Assembly (NCBI RefSeq): GCF_035084215.1
Contig: NC_090336.1
Coordinates: 23,622,001-23,686,000, forward strand
From: Heptranchias perlo
Taxonomy: Eukaryota
DNA: 64,000 nucleotides
Direction of reading: 5' to 3'
The notes beneath the pieces are model-generated. The model saw only the letters and a list, made by a program, of their open reading frames with translations. It ran no database searches and was not told where the DNA came from. Made by a program: the position numbers and the translations under genes. The stretch's first letter is position 1. Each line of letters starts with the position of its first letter. Shown piece by piece: positions 37,091 through 49,252 of the stretch.

Positions 37091-38620
37091 GTGATCGTGA
37101 CAAGTGTCTATGAAATGTTAGAGAGAAAATGGAAAAAGGAACTAACGGGGTCTGGGGAACCTCTAGAATTTATCTCCAAAATAGTGGAGAAGAGTGAGGC
37201 TTATGAGATGGCCATAGAATGGCTCGAGGATCAAGTTCAAAATAAAAAGATGAAGGAGAGAGTGGTAAAAGGACCCTTATGTGGGCGGCAAATTTGTGCT
37301 CACTTAAGATTGAGGAACGTATTAAACAATTAAAAGAGGAAAATAGGAATCAGTTAGAGGAAACTAAGAGACTGTCAGACAGAAGAGTCAGATGAAAAAG
37401 TAAGATTGAAAGAACGTCTGACTGATGTCTTGACTATTCTGGAGAGTTCACAGTTGGTGGCTAAAATTGTGACAGCACAGGGAGTACAGAGTCAGAAAAT
37501 ATTACAAGAGAGAGATAGACTTACAGAGAAAAATGGGAGACTAGAATCAGAACTCACCGACTGTAGAGGGACTTTAAGGGAGAGTATGTGTCGTCCCATG
37601 AATTTGGTAGACCACATACTGTGTAAGTTAATGATTCAGGAGTTACAGGGCAAATTAGGCTGACAAGGGGCTGTGATGGCTACTGTAACATGAGGAGTTA
37701 TGGGAGGAACAGAAGGTTCACTGGAACACCGACGGGAAAGGTGAGGTGGATTGGAATGGTCTGGCAGGAGAAATGAGGAATGGGGATCACCAAGGTTGGG
37801 ACTATAACAGTCCTGACTACGGAGGGCTAACCGTACCTGTGAATGTGATTACCACTACCACCAGGCATACTGGGCAGGGTAACGTGACTAGTATAGTTCA
37901 GGAGGAGAAATCAATTTCCCCTCCTGAGACAGAGGTTCTGTCTCGGGAGCCAGGATCCAAGGGGAATGGTCCAATAGAAGTGTCTTGCCAAATTAACTCT
38001 TAATATGGCCCACCAGGAATTGTCCAAAATAGACCAAAAAAGGGGAAAATGGACTGCCTGCCAACAAACAATTAAGGTCTCCCTTAACCCCAATATGCAT
38101 GTCCCTGCCACCCCCTTGCAGGAGTTTAAACGCGATATTATGCATATATTGGGTATGAATCAAATTAATGTCATTAGTCAATGTGGACAAACCACTCAGG
38201 GACCACAGGAACACCCATGAGCCATTGGAAGTAGGTTATGGAACCTGTTTATGCTGACTCAACCCAGAAGGGTAGAGGCTCCAACCATAGACTCCGAGGT
38301 ATTTAAACAGGTACCCCCACTGGTGAAAACTGCCCTTGGTGTAAGTGTCAATAAAATGACCCAGTGGATGAATCTCTTGGAGGCGGCAGTTCCACCCTGG
38401 GGAATCCTAAATGACCATATGCCCAAAGCTCCACAGAAAAAAAAAATCGATATCGGCCGTAGAGGGATCAATAGGTTGGGGTAATAGTAGGAGTAATATG
38501 GTAAACGATAGGCATAACGACAGGTGTTTCTGGTATCAGAAAATGGGTCATTATGCCATCGACCGCTGGAGTAATGTAGTGCCCCCTGGCAAAGAAACAA
38601 TGAGGGAAATCAGACCATGA
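37091..38620 (+). pseudogene. Decayed gag (N-terminal helical/coiled-coil region, capsid-like part, degenerate zinc knuckle)
   Basis: Series of same-strand ORF fragments after the PBS. MHR-like QGPQEHP*AIGSRLW, and RCFWYQKMGHYAIDR as an eroded CX2CX4HX4C at ~38520-38565. Confidence 0.7.
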
Positions 38621-38739
38621 CTCCCCAAAAACCAGGAGGGGCGGAACAAAAATTAGATAAATTAATAACCCTCCTGACTACCCAACAATAGAAACAGATA
38701 CAACAGTTCCAAGAACAGTAGAGAGTTAAGAGAGATAGT

Positions 38740-39219
38740 ATGTGTACAATGACCCAAAAGGATGGTGATGGAGACGAGGTGGCAGAGGAGGCTGCGGACT
38801 ATCGCTCCCCAGACAACACAATGACACTAGGAGCCAATGATGAGAATAAAGTAGATTGTGAAGGCTTAGATGAGGACTGCGAAATGGAAGTCGCAGAAGT
38901 CAAAGAATCGTTTAAGCAAACCCAAAGCACGTTACAGAGTAAAAGACCAGAAGGGAGAGAGGCAGTCGTAGAGGTTCTAGAAAGTGAACAAAGAAAGAAA
39001 CTAGAACTCCCGGCTGGTTCTCCAGTTACCTCTTTTCCATTCACTATACCCCATCCTTCCAGCAACAGCGGGAAGGAGAAAACCTTTAAACAAGAGAGCC
39101 AATACAAGCCTGATAAATGGTCTTTCCAACATGAGATTTTAAATCGTAACAAAATTGAGTTAAGTAGGAAATATCAGAGAATGAAAATTCAGATGAAAGT
39201 TAAAGGACAGTTGATTTAA
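38740..39219 (+). CDS. 159-aa acidic ORF of unknown function between gag and the env-like region
   Basis: ATG-initiated open frame inside the provirus; no recognisable protease or RT motif. Confidence 0.3.
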   Translation: MCTMTQKDGDGDEVAEEAADYRSPDNTMTLGANDENKVDCEGLDEDCEMEVAEVKESFKQTQSTLQSKRPEGREAVVEVLESEQRKKLELPAGSPVTSFPFTIPHPSSNSGKEKTFKQESQYKPDKWSFQHEILNRNKIELSRKYQRMKIQMKVKGQLI

Positions 39220-40019
39220 AACAAGGGGAAAAGGTGGAAAGGGAAGATTCCGTCTCTCCTACTGTTACAAGCTACTAGATTTTTCTTTAGTTTTTAATGT
39301 ACTATCTCTTTAAGTGTGTGCACTCTGCAGCACCATTTCCTCTTTTTTTCACAAATCTGAAGCAGTGTTCACCCTTTGTAATCCCAGTCGTTTAGTATAT
39401 GCATTTCAATCGTTTTGTTTTCTAAGCATAGTACCACTGTTAAATGTACAAGAAATCAAAAGAGTTTGGAGAATTATTATACAGTTACGAGACTATTTGC
39501 TACGTTATGTCTGTGAAATTTGAGATCTAAATCCATTGTTTTCTTTTCAAAGTTTCTTTAAATTTAGTTAAAATCTGCTGTGAGGAAGCTGGCTCTGCCT
39601 TCTTTTCAGTCAGTACTGCAAAGAAGTTTTAAAATCATGTTGCCTCACATAGAGTTAATTGCACATTTGGGAAGACTTTGACCCTGTGGGTCTACAGCCG
39701 TCCAATGGGGAAAATTAGTCGGTAGGAAAGTGCAGAGTGTCCAAGATGACAGACAGTTGAGACGTCAGGTCGAGATTGTGTAAGGTGCTCTATTCCAAAT
39801 CTCCAAAGAAACTGGAGGCGGAAGAAATAATTCTTTGTGCTTTCTTCACAAATGAAGCAAAATGACAATGTGATATTAATTACATTTATTATTGGGGAGT
39901 ATAATATGACAGGGAATTAGAAACTGTAAAATGTGCCATAAGTAAATAATGTCCAATTTATGATACAGTGGCAAATGCCCATAAGAGATATGCAGATAAA
40001 ATGGGAACGAGAGGTAGAG

Positions 40020-40950
40020 AGTGATAGACAACAAAACAGAGGTATAAATTAGACCAGAGGAAGGCATCTTCAGGACGAGACAATTACAGTCGGATGCTGT
40101 GGGATGGGTAGGTGCGATAACAGGAATGTCAATTTGGAATCAGGAGGATGTTGAGACTATAAAGAAGCATACGCGTCATTAGAAACATACACAGGCCAAA
40201 CTGGTCAATGCACCAATCCTAAACACAATCAATGAGCTAGCACGGGAAGAACAATATGCAATGCACAACACTGCCAAGTTTTTCATTCAGACGCAGGGTA
40301 AAATAAATTAAACGATATACATGGGAAACTAGCGAGCAAAGGGAATAGGACGGGCAACCATTTGTACAGCATAAGGAATATTTATTGATCAAGAGACTTG
40401 CTGATATAAGGGACTATGACCTTGTCCATTGGTATCCTAGGGGAAATAGTGAAACAAATGTGAGGGTTGAAGTTCCACCTGTATAAACAATCCACAATCT
40501 GGGGTACTATTCACCCAATGGGCCAAGTTAGGGATAAGAATAAACCTTGATTTTTACCCTGTCCTTACCTAGCGTGGATGTTACGACCCGAATATTTTCT
40601 GAATTGGCAGAACCACGTTCTGTGGGATATTTAGAGAGAGAAGTGTATAAGCAAAGGGTAAATTCGCCTAAGTTAATGATGTATGATAGGAAAACTGCAT
40701 CATCAAATTTGGATTGTTGTGTCAAGCAGGGGAACCGATACCTAGGCCGAAGTGGATGTTTTCCTGCACGCATACCTGAGTGCTGAAGGTATAGACGTAA
40801 TTTACAATTGAGACTAATGTAATTAAAACTTTAAAATGGCAAGAAAAGATACGGGAATGAATTTGTGGTGACACAAACACAAGAAGCTTGTTATAATTTG
40901 CAGTTAGAGATTATTCCTGCTCTGTTAAATTTTTCCTTCTGTATCTTTTG
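40020..40950 (+). pseudogene. env/fusion-glycoprotein-like module 1 (decayed)
   Basis: RTRQ|LQSDAVGWVGAITGMSIWNQEDVETIK (cleavage site and fusion-peptide-like stretch, 40072-40160), then RSVGYLEREVYKQRVNSPK and CVKQGNRYL, which align with modules 2 and 3. Confidence 0.6.
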
Positions 40951-41837
40951 TCTTCTGATTTATGTAATTGAATGTATGTAGATTTTTTATCACACTAAGA
41001 GAAATGGTACACAGTTTTACCAAGCGCATTCGGGAAGAGATTCAGGTGAACTCACAGAGACAATGGGAACATGATAAAACATTGCACAACCAAATAGAAG
41101 GATTACTTAAAGGAATGAATAGGCAGATGGGGGATGTTATATCAGAACAAGGAGAGTCCCTGATTTTAATAAAACGACTGGTGGAGAGACAGGTTAGGGA
41201 TATTGGCAATCGTTCAGAATAACGAAGACAAAGGAACAGCTGATCTTAAAGGCAATTATGTATGGAAAGTTCTTACAATGTTCAGATTCAAAGGGGGTTA
41301 ATGCTGTAGAGAACAATTGGATCCCACAGTTTATATTGGACAAACAAATGAAAATCTAGAAATCAGATGGGGATATGGATTGATGTAAGGCACATAGACT
41401 GAGATTGGTGTATTATGCTAAGAAGCTTTGCAAGCCAAGTGATATTATTTCACGACTGATTCCTGTGGTTGTGGCAATACCATTGCTATCTGCTGATGTA
41501 AAACCAATGAAAGTATTTAAAGTGGAATCGATGGGCTTGTTGGAGGATGATATACATGAGGAATTTGTAAATTATCCGAAAATCGAAGATATCAGTACAG
41601 GGGAAAAGAATGATTCTGGATTGCACCAAACACTTCATGTATTGTTCCTGGAAAAGTGGATCCTGGTTGTGCAGATGTGACATTTCATAAAGTGCACGGC
41701 TAGATTGTGGTTTCACCCTGCATGAAGAATCCTCTAATTGTACTATTAAATTTGAAAAGCACCAATGTTGTTTATTTGGAGAGAGGAAGGAATTGCATTA
41801 CAACTAATAAGAAGCACTACACACAAGGCGGCACCAT

Positions 41838-44800
41838 GAGGTAAAGTGTAACCCCCAAAAATGGGTGGGTTGGGGGTGAGTGGGGAGTAAAAATCCTCCA
41901 TTTTCAGAGGGGGACCACATCCTGGCTCTAACATGCCTACTTCTGGGTTTAATCAATTTGGGCAGAGATAAGAAATAGTAAAGGCAAAAAGTCACTTGTG
42001 GGAGTAGTTTATAGGCCCCCTAACAGTAACAATACTGTAGGACAGGGTATACAGGAAGAAATAATGGGAGCTTGTGAGAAAGGAACATCGATAATCATGG
42101 GTGATTTTAATCTACATATAGATTGGAAGAATCTGATTGGCAAAAGTAGCCTGGAAGATGAGTTCATAGAGTGCTTTCAGGACAGTTTCTTAGAGCAGCA
42201 CGTTCTAGTGCCAACCAGAGAGCAGGCTATTCTAGATCTGGTAATGTGTAATGAGACAGGATTAATTAATGCCCTCATTGTAAAGGAGCCTCCAGGTAGC
42301 AGTGATCACAATATGATTGAATTTCACATTCAGTTTGAGGGAGAGGAGAGTAGGTCAAAGACTAGTGTTTTAAACTTAAATAAGGGCAATTATGAAGGCA
42401 TGAAGACAGAGCTGGCTAAAGTGAACTGGGAAATTAAGTTAACGGATAGGTCAGTAGAGATGCAGTGGCAGACATTTAATGAGATATTTCATAACACTCA
42501 GCAAAGATACATTCCAGAGAGAAAGAAAGACTCTAGGGGAAGGACGTACCATCTGTGGCTAACTAAGGAAGTTAAAGATAGTATCAAATTGAAAGAAAAA
42601 GCATACAATTCTGCGAAGATTAGTGGCAGGTCAGAAGATTGGACAGAATATAAAAAACAGCAAAGAATGACAAAAATGATTAATAAGGTAGGGAGAGTAT
42701 GAGAGAAAGCTAGCTAGAAATATAAAAACAGATAGTAAGAGTTTCTACAGGTATTTAAAAAGGAAAAGAGTAAGTAAAGTGAGCTTTTTTCCTCTAGAGA
42801 GTGAGTCTGGGGAATTAACAATGGAGAATAAGGAAATGGCGGATGAATTGAACAGATATTTTGCATCTGTCTTCACTGTAGAAGATACAAATAACATGCC
42901 AGAAATAATTGTGAATCAAGAGGTGAAAGGGAGGGAGGAATTTAAAACATTTACAATCACCAGGGAAAGGGTTCTGAAAAAAATATTAGAACTAAAAGCT
43001 GATAAGTCCTCAGGTCCTGACTGACTACATCCCAGGGACTTAAAAGAAGTGGCTGCAGAGATAGTAGATGCATTGGTATTAATTTTCCAAAATTCCCTAG
43101 ATTCTGGAAGGGTCCCATCAGATTGGAAAATAGTGAATGTAACTCCTCTATTCAAGAAAGGAGGGAGACAGAAAGCAGTTAGCTTAACATTTGTCCTAGG
43201 GAAAATGCTAGAATATATTATTCAGGGGGTTATAGCAGGGCACTTAGAAAATCTCAATGCAATCAGGCAGAGTCAACATGGCTTTGTAAAAGGGAAATCG
43301 TGTTTGACTAATTTATTAGAGTTCTTTGAGGAAATAACAAGCAAAGTGAATAAAGGGGATCCTGTGGATGTGGTGTACTTGGATTTCCAGAAGGCTTTTG
43401 GCAAAGTGCCACATCAAAGACTACTACACAAAATAAGAGCTCATGGTGTAGGGGTTAACATATTAACATGGATAAAGATTGGTTAGCTAACAGGAAACAG
43501 AGAGAAGGCATAAATGGGTCATTTTCAGGTTGGCAAGATGTAATGACTGGAGTGCCACAGGGATCAGTGCTGGGGCCTCAACTATTTACAATCTATATCA
43601 AATGACTTGGATGAAGGGACCGAATGTATGGTTGCTAAATTTGCCGATGACACAAAGGTAGGTAGGAAAGTAAGTTGTGAAGAGGACATAAGGAGTCTGC
43701 AAAAGGGATATAGATAGGTTAAGTGAGTGGGCAAAAATTTGGCAGATGAAGTATAATGTGAGCTTGCCCACTTTGGCAGGAGGAATAGAAAAGCAGTATA
43801 TTATTTAAATGGAGAAAGATTGCAGAACTCTGAGGTACAGAGGGATCTGGGTGTCCTAGTACATGAATCACAAAAAGTTAGTATACGGGTGCAGCAAGTG
43901 ATTAGGAAAACAAATGGAATATTGTCATTTATTGCAAGGGGAATGGAATATAAAAGTAGAGATGTTTTGCTACAGTTGTACAGGGCATTGGTGAGACCAC
44001 ATCTAGAATACTGTGTGCAGTTTTGGTCTCCTTATTTAAGAAAAGACATAATTGCTTTGGAGGCAGTTCAGAGAAGGTTCACTTGACTGATTCCTGGGAT
44101 GAAGGGGTTATCTTATGAGGAAAGGTTAGACAAGTTTGGCCTGTATACACTGGAGTTTAGAAGAATGAGAGGTGATCTTATTGAAACATATAAGATCCTG
44201 AGGGGACTAGAAGGGGTAGATGCTGAGAGGATGTTTCCCCTTGTGGGAGAGATTAGAACTATGGGCCACAGTTTAAAAATAAGGGGTCTCCATTTAAGAT
44301 AGAGATGAGGAGAATTTTTTTCTCTCAGAGGGTCGTGAGTCTGTGGAACTTCCTTCCCCAGAGAGCGGTGGAGGCAGGGTCATTGAATATTTTTAAGCCT
44401 GAGTTAGATAGATTCCTGATTAACAAGGGAGTCAAAGGTTATAGTAGGTAGACGGGAAAGTATGGTTGAGGTCACAATCAGATCGGCCATGATCTTATCA
44501 AATGGCAGAGCAGGCTCGAGGGGCCGAATGGCCTATTCCTGCTCTTAGTTCGTACGTTCGTATGTAACCCAGACAGGTTTGTCTGTGTGTGGAGTGCAGA
44601 CACCAAGAAGTCTCTCCCCCACTCAAAGCTGGCAGGGCCGATACTTAAAAGGGCAATGTATCTCATTGAGATACTTGAGGTACTTAATATTTTGTGTATT
44701 GGAATAATAAAACAAATTTAACCTTACCTGTTCAGGTTTCCCATCGCTTCCCATTCACGTCAGGTGAAAGCAGGCGGAAAGGGCCGGATCCATGAGCCGA

Positions 44801-45280
44801 GTCCCTTTATTGCGCTGCTTGTGGGCCCGGAGGAGCAGGAGTGCTTTATCCAGGCCCAACAAACTTACCTGACCAACAGGATCCCTGTGATTGGCCGACC
44901 ACCCACTATCCGTTCCGCAGCACCCCCCCCGCCCAAACTAATCCCTGGCTCCCCCCGCCCTCCGATCATCTCCCTGGCGCACCCCAAACTCCTCCGCTGC
45001 CCGATTTTCTTCCTGGCCTCCCCCCGCCCCCCCACGATCTTCTCCCCGGCCTATGATCCCTCCCTCCCTCCGCTCCCAGGCTCCAACAGGCCTTCATGCC
45101 CGACAGCCAGCCAGCCTGTCATTCAGGCTGTCTGCCGGGTGCGAAACCCAAAAGTGCAATTGAAGGGCCTCATTAAGGTCAGGATCACAGATTGTGACCC
45201 GCCCACTTACCTTCCGGGTTTCACATCCGGAAATCTTCCGCCCCACCGCTCTCTTCCTGGCGGGAATTTAAATTTACCCC
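41838..45280. mobile_element. Non-autonomous TIR element (PIF/Harbinger-like MITE) inserted in env module 2 and itself interrupted by a CR1
   Basis: Imperfect TIRs GAGGTAAAGTGTAA / TTTAAATTTACCCC, flanked by CAT at 41835-37 and 45281-83. Removal restores ACC-ATA-TGT-CCG (TICP). Confidence 0.65.
41953..44564 (+). mobile_element. 5'-truncated CR1 LINE (partial APE endonuclease plus RT, with stops and frameshifts)
   Basis: GVVYRPP, IMGDFN, SDHNMIEF, QHGFVKGKSCLTNL, FADD, HLEYCVQFWSP; 3' tail TTCGTACGTTCGTATG. Confidence 0.95.
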
Positions 45281-45543
45281 CATATGTCCGGGTTGGCGGT
45301 AACATTTTGCTTTACACCAACCAGAATTATTAAACTGGGGCTAAAATATTTTGCCTGTTGCGGCCACAATGTTACAAAAATGCAAGTAAACATTTCCCTC
45401 CAGTCAGAAAGCTTATGAGCGGTTGTAAATTTTGGCTGCAAAAGCATTACGTGTACTTAAACGTGCTGTCTGGAACATTAGATGGAGGGAGGGCCACTTA
45501 GAACTGACAGCCTTATTGAAGGATAGATGAGAGACAGAGACCC

Positions 45544-48500
45544 TTGGGGTTGTCTTACTCTCAAGGTGGGGTAGTTGCTAACCCAGAATACAAATGGTCA
45601 CTGCCCACCAACGGACAGGCGGGTTTTTATTCCACCTCAAATGAAAGGACGGTGTGGGCTGGAATGAAAATAGAACAGACACCGAGAGTGGCCATGGAGG
45701 ATTATGTTATCCCACCCCGACAAAGGATGGCTCAACTTCTCCTAACAATACCATCCTCTGACCATTGGAGTGTGTACCAAGTGGATGGAGAAACGGTATA
45801 TGCATCCTCTTACAGTATGCCATATATCGGGCTTCCTGAACCCAACGGATTGACTGAGCTAGTGTGGCAACTTTATTTTTCCTATGTTTATGAACTACAT
45901 GAGGGACGATATAGTTGCACTGGAACACTAGAATTAGAGAATCCATCACAAGTTAAAAAGAATTCTATAAAGATTCAAGAACAACAAATATATCACGTGG
46001 TTGAATCTAGTTGTGACAGGGCTTTATTTTCTGACTGATTGCGTAACGGTCTAGTGGTTCAGGCTACTCATTAAGTTGTGTACACAAATGTGAGATATGA
46101 GGTGGTCCTGGTTATTGTCGATTTAAGTAATGTAATGCTTCTGCAAGATTTATGTGACCTGCATTATGTTAACTGGGCTCGTGCGGTATTAATTCAGATA
46201 TTAGATGGGTTCCACAAGCAGACAGCAGGGAGACAATGGAAGGAAAAACGAGATGGGGACCAAATCGTGCACACTCGCTGACCCAGATCTATCACTGGCT
46301 GGGGGAGCTGCCGCAAGAGCAGTATTTAACAGGTTGGATATAGAAAATCAGTATTATCATCAGGGAAGACTGACAGGACAACTTAAGAAGTTATTAACCA
46401 AAATAAATGAGAGTAACCTGGACCTGATGGATGAGGGGTCAGAGGGTCTCTTATCCTTTAATGAAATAGGCCAGGGTGTCCATGCAAGCCGGAATAAGAT
46501 TAATGAAATCATATACAATCAAGAGACCATTGCATCTTGGGTCTCTAATGAGGTGGTGTCCAGCATGTATCTGAGCCTCTGGCAGGAAAGAATAGCAGAA
46601 GGGCTAAGAGATGTAGTTGAGGGAAAATTACCCACTTGGATAACAGATGAACAATTGGTTGCCTGGCGAAACTAACCTGTGCCTAGTAAGACTTTGCGAA
46701 GGTGCATATTGCCAAAGAACTTTGCAAACATTGTGGGGCCCAGGAAATCTTTGGGTTGAGAAAGGCATTGATGTTAGGGAACTTGGGGAAATAAATAGTG
46801 ATGTCTTGAGGAGTGTACATATTACAGAGAGGGAGGTGCTGGAAGTCTTAACGCGCATCAAGGTAGATAAATCTCCGGGACCTGATGAAATGTATCCCAG
46901 GACGTTATGGGAGGTTAGGGAGGAAATTGCGGGTCCCCTAGCAGAGATATTTGAATCATCCACCGCTACAGGTGAGGTGCCTGAAGATTGGAGGGTAGCA
47001 AATGTTGTGCCTTTGTTTAAGAAGGGCGGCAGGGAAAAGCCTGGGAACTACAGACCAGTGAGCCTGACATCTGTAGTGGGTAAGTTGTTAGAGGGTATTC
47101 TGAGGGACAGAATCTACAGGCATTTGGAGAGGCAGGGACTAATTAGGAACAGTCAGCATGGTTTTGTGAGAGGAAAATCATGTCTCACGAATTTGATTGA
47201 GTTTTTTGAAGGGGTAACCAAGAAGATAGATGAGGGCTGTGCAGTAGACGTGGTCTACATGGACTTCAGCAAAGCATTTGACAAGGTACCGCATGGTAGG
47301 TTGTTACATAAGGTTAAATCTCATGGGATCCAAGGTGAGGTAGCCAATTGGATACAAAATTGGCTTGACGACAGAAGACAGAGGGTGGTTGTCGAGGGTT
47401 GTTTTTCAAACTGGATGCCTGTGTCCAGCGGTGTGCCTCAGGGATCGGTGCTGGGTCCGCTGTTATTTGTTATTTATATTAATGATTTGGATGAGAATTT
47501 AGGAGGCATGGTTAGTAAGTTTGCAGATGACACCAAGATTGGTGGCATTGTGGACAGTGAAGAAGGTTATCTAGGATTGCAACGGGATCTTGATAAATTG
47601 GGCCAGTGGGCCGATGAATGGCAGATGGAGTTTAATTTAGATAAATGTGAGGTGATGCATTTTGGTAGATCGAATCGGGCCAGGACCTACTCCGTTAATG
47701 GTAGGGCGTTGGGGAGAGTTATAGAACAAAGAGATCTAGGAGTACAGATTCATAACTCCTTGAAAGTGGAGTCACAGGTGGATAGGGTGGTGAAGAAGGC
47801 ATTCAGCATGCTTGGTTTCATTGGTCAGAACATTGAATGCAGGAGTTGGGATGTCTTGTTGAAGTTGTACAGGGCATTGGTGAGGCCACACTTGGAGTAC
47901 TGTGTACAGTTCTGGTCACCCTATTATAGAAAGGATATTATTAAACTAGAAAGAGTGCAGAAAAGATTTACTAGGATGCTACCGGGACTTGATGGTTTGA
48001 CTTACAGGGAGAGGTTAGACAGACTGGGACTTTATTCCCTGGAGAGTAGGAGGTTAAGGGGTGATCTTATAGAAGTCTATAAAATAATGAGGGGCATAGA
48101 TAAGGTCGATAGTCAAAATCTTTTCCCAAAGGTAGGGGAGTCTATAACGAGGGGGCACAGATTTAAGGTGAGAGGGGAGAGATACAAAAGGATCCAGAGG
48201 GGCAATTTTTTCACTCAAAGGGTGGTGAGTGTCTGGAACGAGCTGCCAGAGGCAGTAGTAGAGGCGGGTACAATTTTGTCTTTTAAAAAGCATTTGGACA
48301 GTTACATGGGGAAGATGGGTATCGAGGGATATGGGCCAAATGCAGGCAATTGGGACTAGCTTAGTGGTATAAACTGGGCGACATGGACATGTTGGGCCGA
48401 AGGGCCTGTTTCCATGTTGTAACTTCTATGATTCTATGATTGAGCTCCCTTGTCTGGGCAACCAATCTGGCCTACCTCTATGCCGTATCATCGGTGGGGT

Positions 48501-49198
48501 GGTTAAAAGGAACCACCTTGACTGAATTCCATCAACCCCCCTGCCCTATTTGGTCTTGGGAGACCAGTGGGGGGCAATGAAACTTCAACCTTGTGTTCAA
48601 TGGGGCGATGACTGGGTTTGTGAAACTAATTACACTCAAGACCACCAGTCATGTGGATATATGTCTGCCGATGAATCACCCTTTTGTAACATGCGGGTAA
48701 TGTCCCACTGGCAGGGTACTCATATTGCTTACCAAGGAAATGGGAAATACTGTTACACGACCACTGAGAAGACCTTCACACATGGAGATAGAGACTGTCC
48801 ACTGACATGGCCCATGGGATGAGTAATTCATGTGGATCTGTGGGGAGTTGATGGGGGAAGCATTACAGGCTGTAATTCGATTTGGGCACCTCATTCCCCC
48901 TTTATCATTCAGTCTTAAAAGCATCTTGGATAGAAGTGTTACCTCTTAGAAACATCTGGTCAAAATGCAGCAGGATAACAAGGAAATAAAGAAAGGTATT
49001 CAAACCCTTGGGGCTAAATCATGGTGGAAGAATATCTATAATGCTGGTGATTCCCGATGGGCACGTTTAGCGTTGTTTGCTTTCTTGATCATACAAGTCC
49101 TGGTTACCATATCCCTAATAGTGTCTACCTGCTGGGTCTACAGGTGGGTCACCAAGTTAAAACAGAATGTGCGCCATTCCCCTATTGGACTAGATTGA
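45544..49198 (+). pseudogene. env/fusion-glycoprotein-like module 3 with N-terminal linker and C-terminal TM (split by the CR1 at 46761-48439)
   Basis: ORFs 45544 and 46078 share a frame. KEKR cleavage-like site, AGGAAARAVFNRLDIE, a heptad-like region, LPTWITDEQL, Cys-rich CVQWGDDWVC..CGY..C..GNGKYCYTT, and hydrophobic TM LALFAFLIIQVLVTISLIVSTCWVY just before the PPT. Confidence 0.8.
46761..48439 (+). mobile_element. Young 5'-truncated CR1 LINE with an uninterrupted RT frame
   Basis: Open frame to 48359 with KSPGPD, YRPVSLTS, GVPQGSVLGP and FADD; (ATTCTATG)n tail; TTGAG on both sides (46756-60, 48440-44). Confidence 0.97.
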
Positions 49199-49239
49199 TT
49201 AAATAAGTGAGGGGTTGAAGCCTTAGTCTTCTCTCCCTT

Positions 49240-49250
49240 AAGGTGGGGAA
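49240..49250 (+). promoter_or_regulatory. Polypurine tract
   Basis: AAGGTGGGGAA lies 2 nt before the 3' LTR. Confidence 0.8.
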
Positions 49251-49252
49251 TC

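Larger units (their letters stand above)
40968..45540 (+). pseudogene. env/fusion-glycoprotein-like module 2 (decayed, split by the MITE/CR1 at 41838-45280)
   Basis: WIPQFILDKQ, VYYAKKLCK, FKVESMGLL, CSWKSGSWLC..CGF-x8-C and TNVVYLERGRNCITT..TQGGT|ICP (rejoined across the insertion) all match module 3. Confidence 0.72.

Noticed and set aside
45600-45750. dUTPase-like words GQAGFYST and VIPPRQRMAQLLL in the proviral linker ORF
   Set aside because: The motif-5-like word precedes the motif-4-like word and motifs 1-3 are not evident. It cannot be supported without a profile search.
46647-48359. 570-aa RT ORF as the provirus pol gene
   Set aside because: The motifs and 3' tail are CR1 (non-LTR). 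It is an insertion into env module 3, with a chance in-frame upstream extension.
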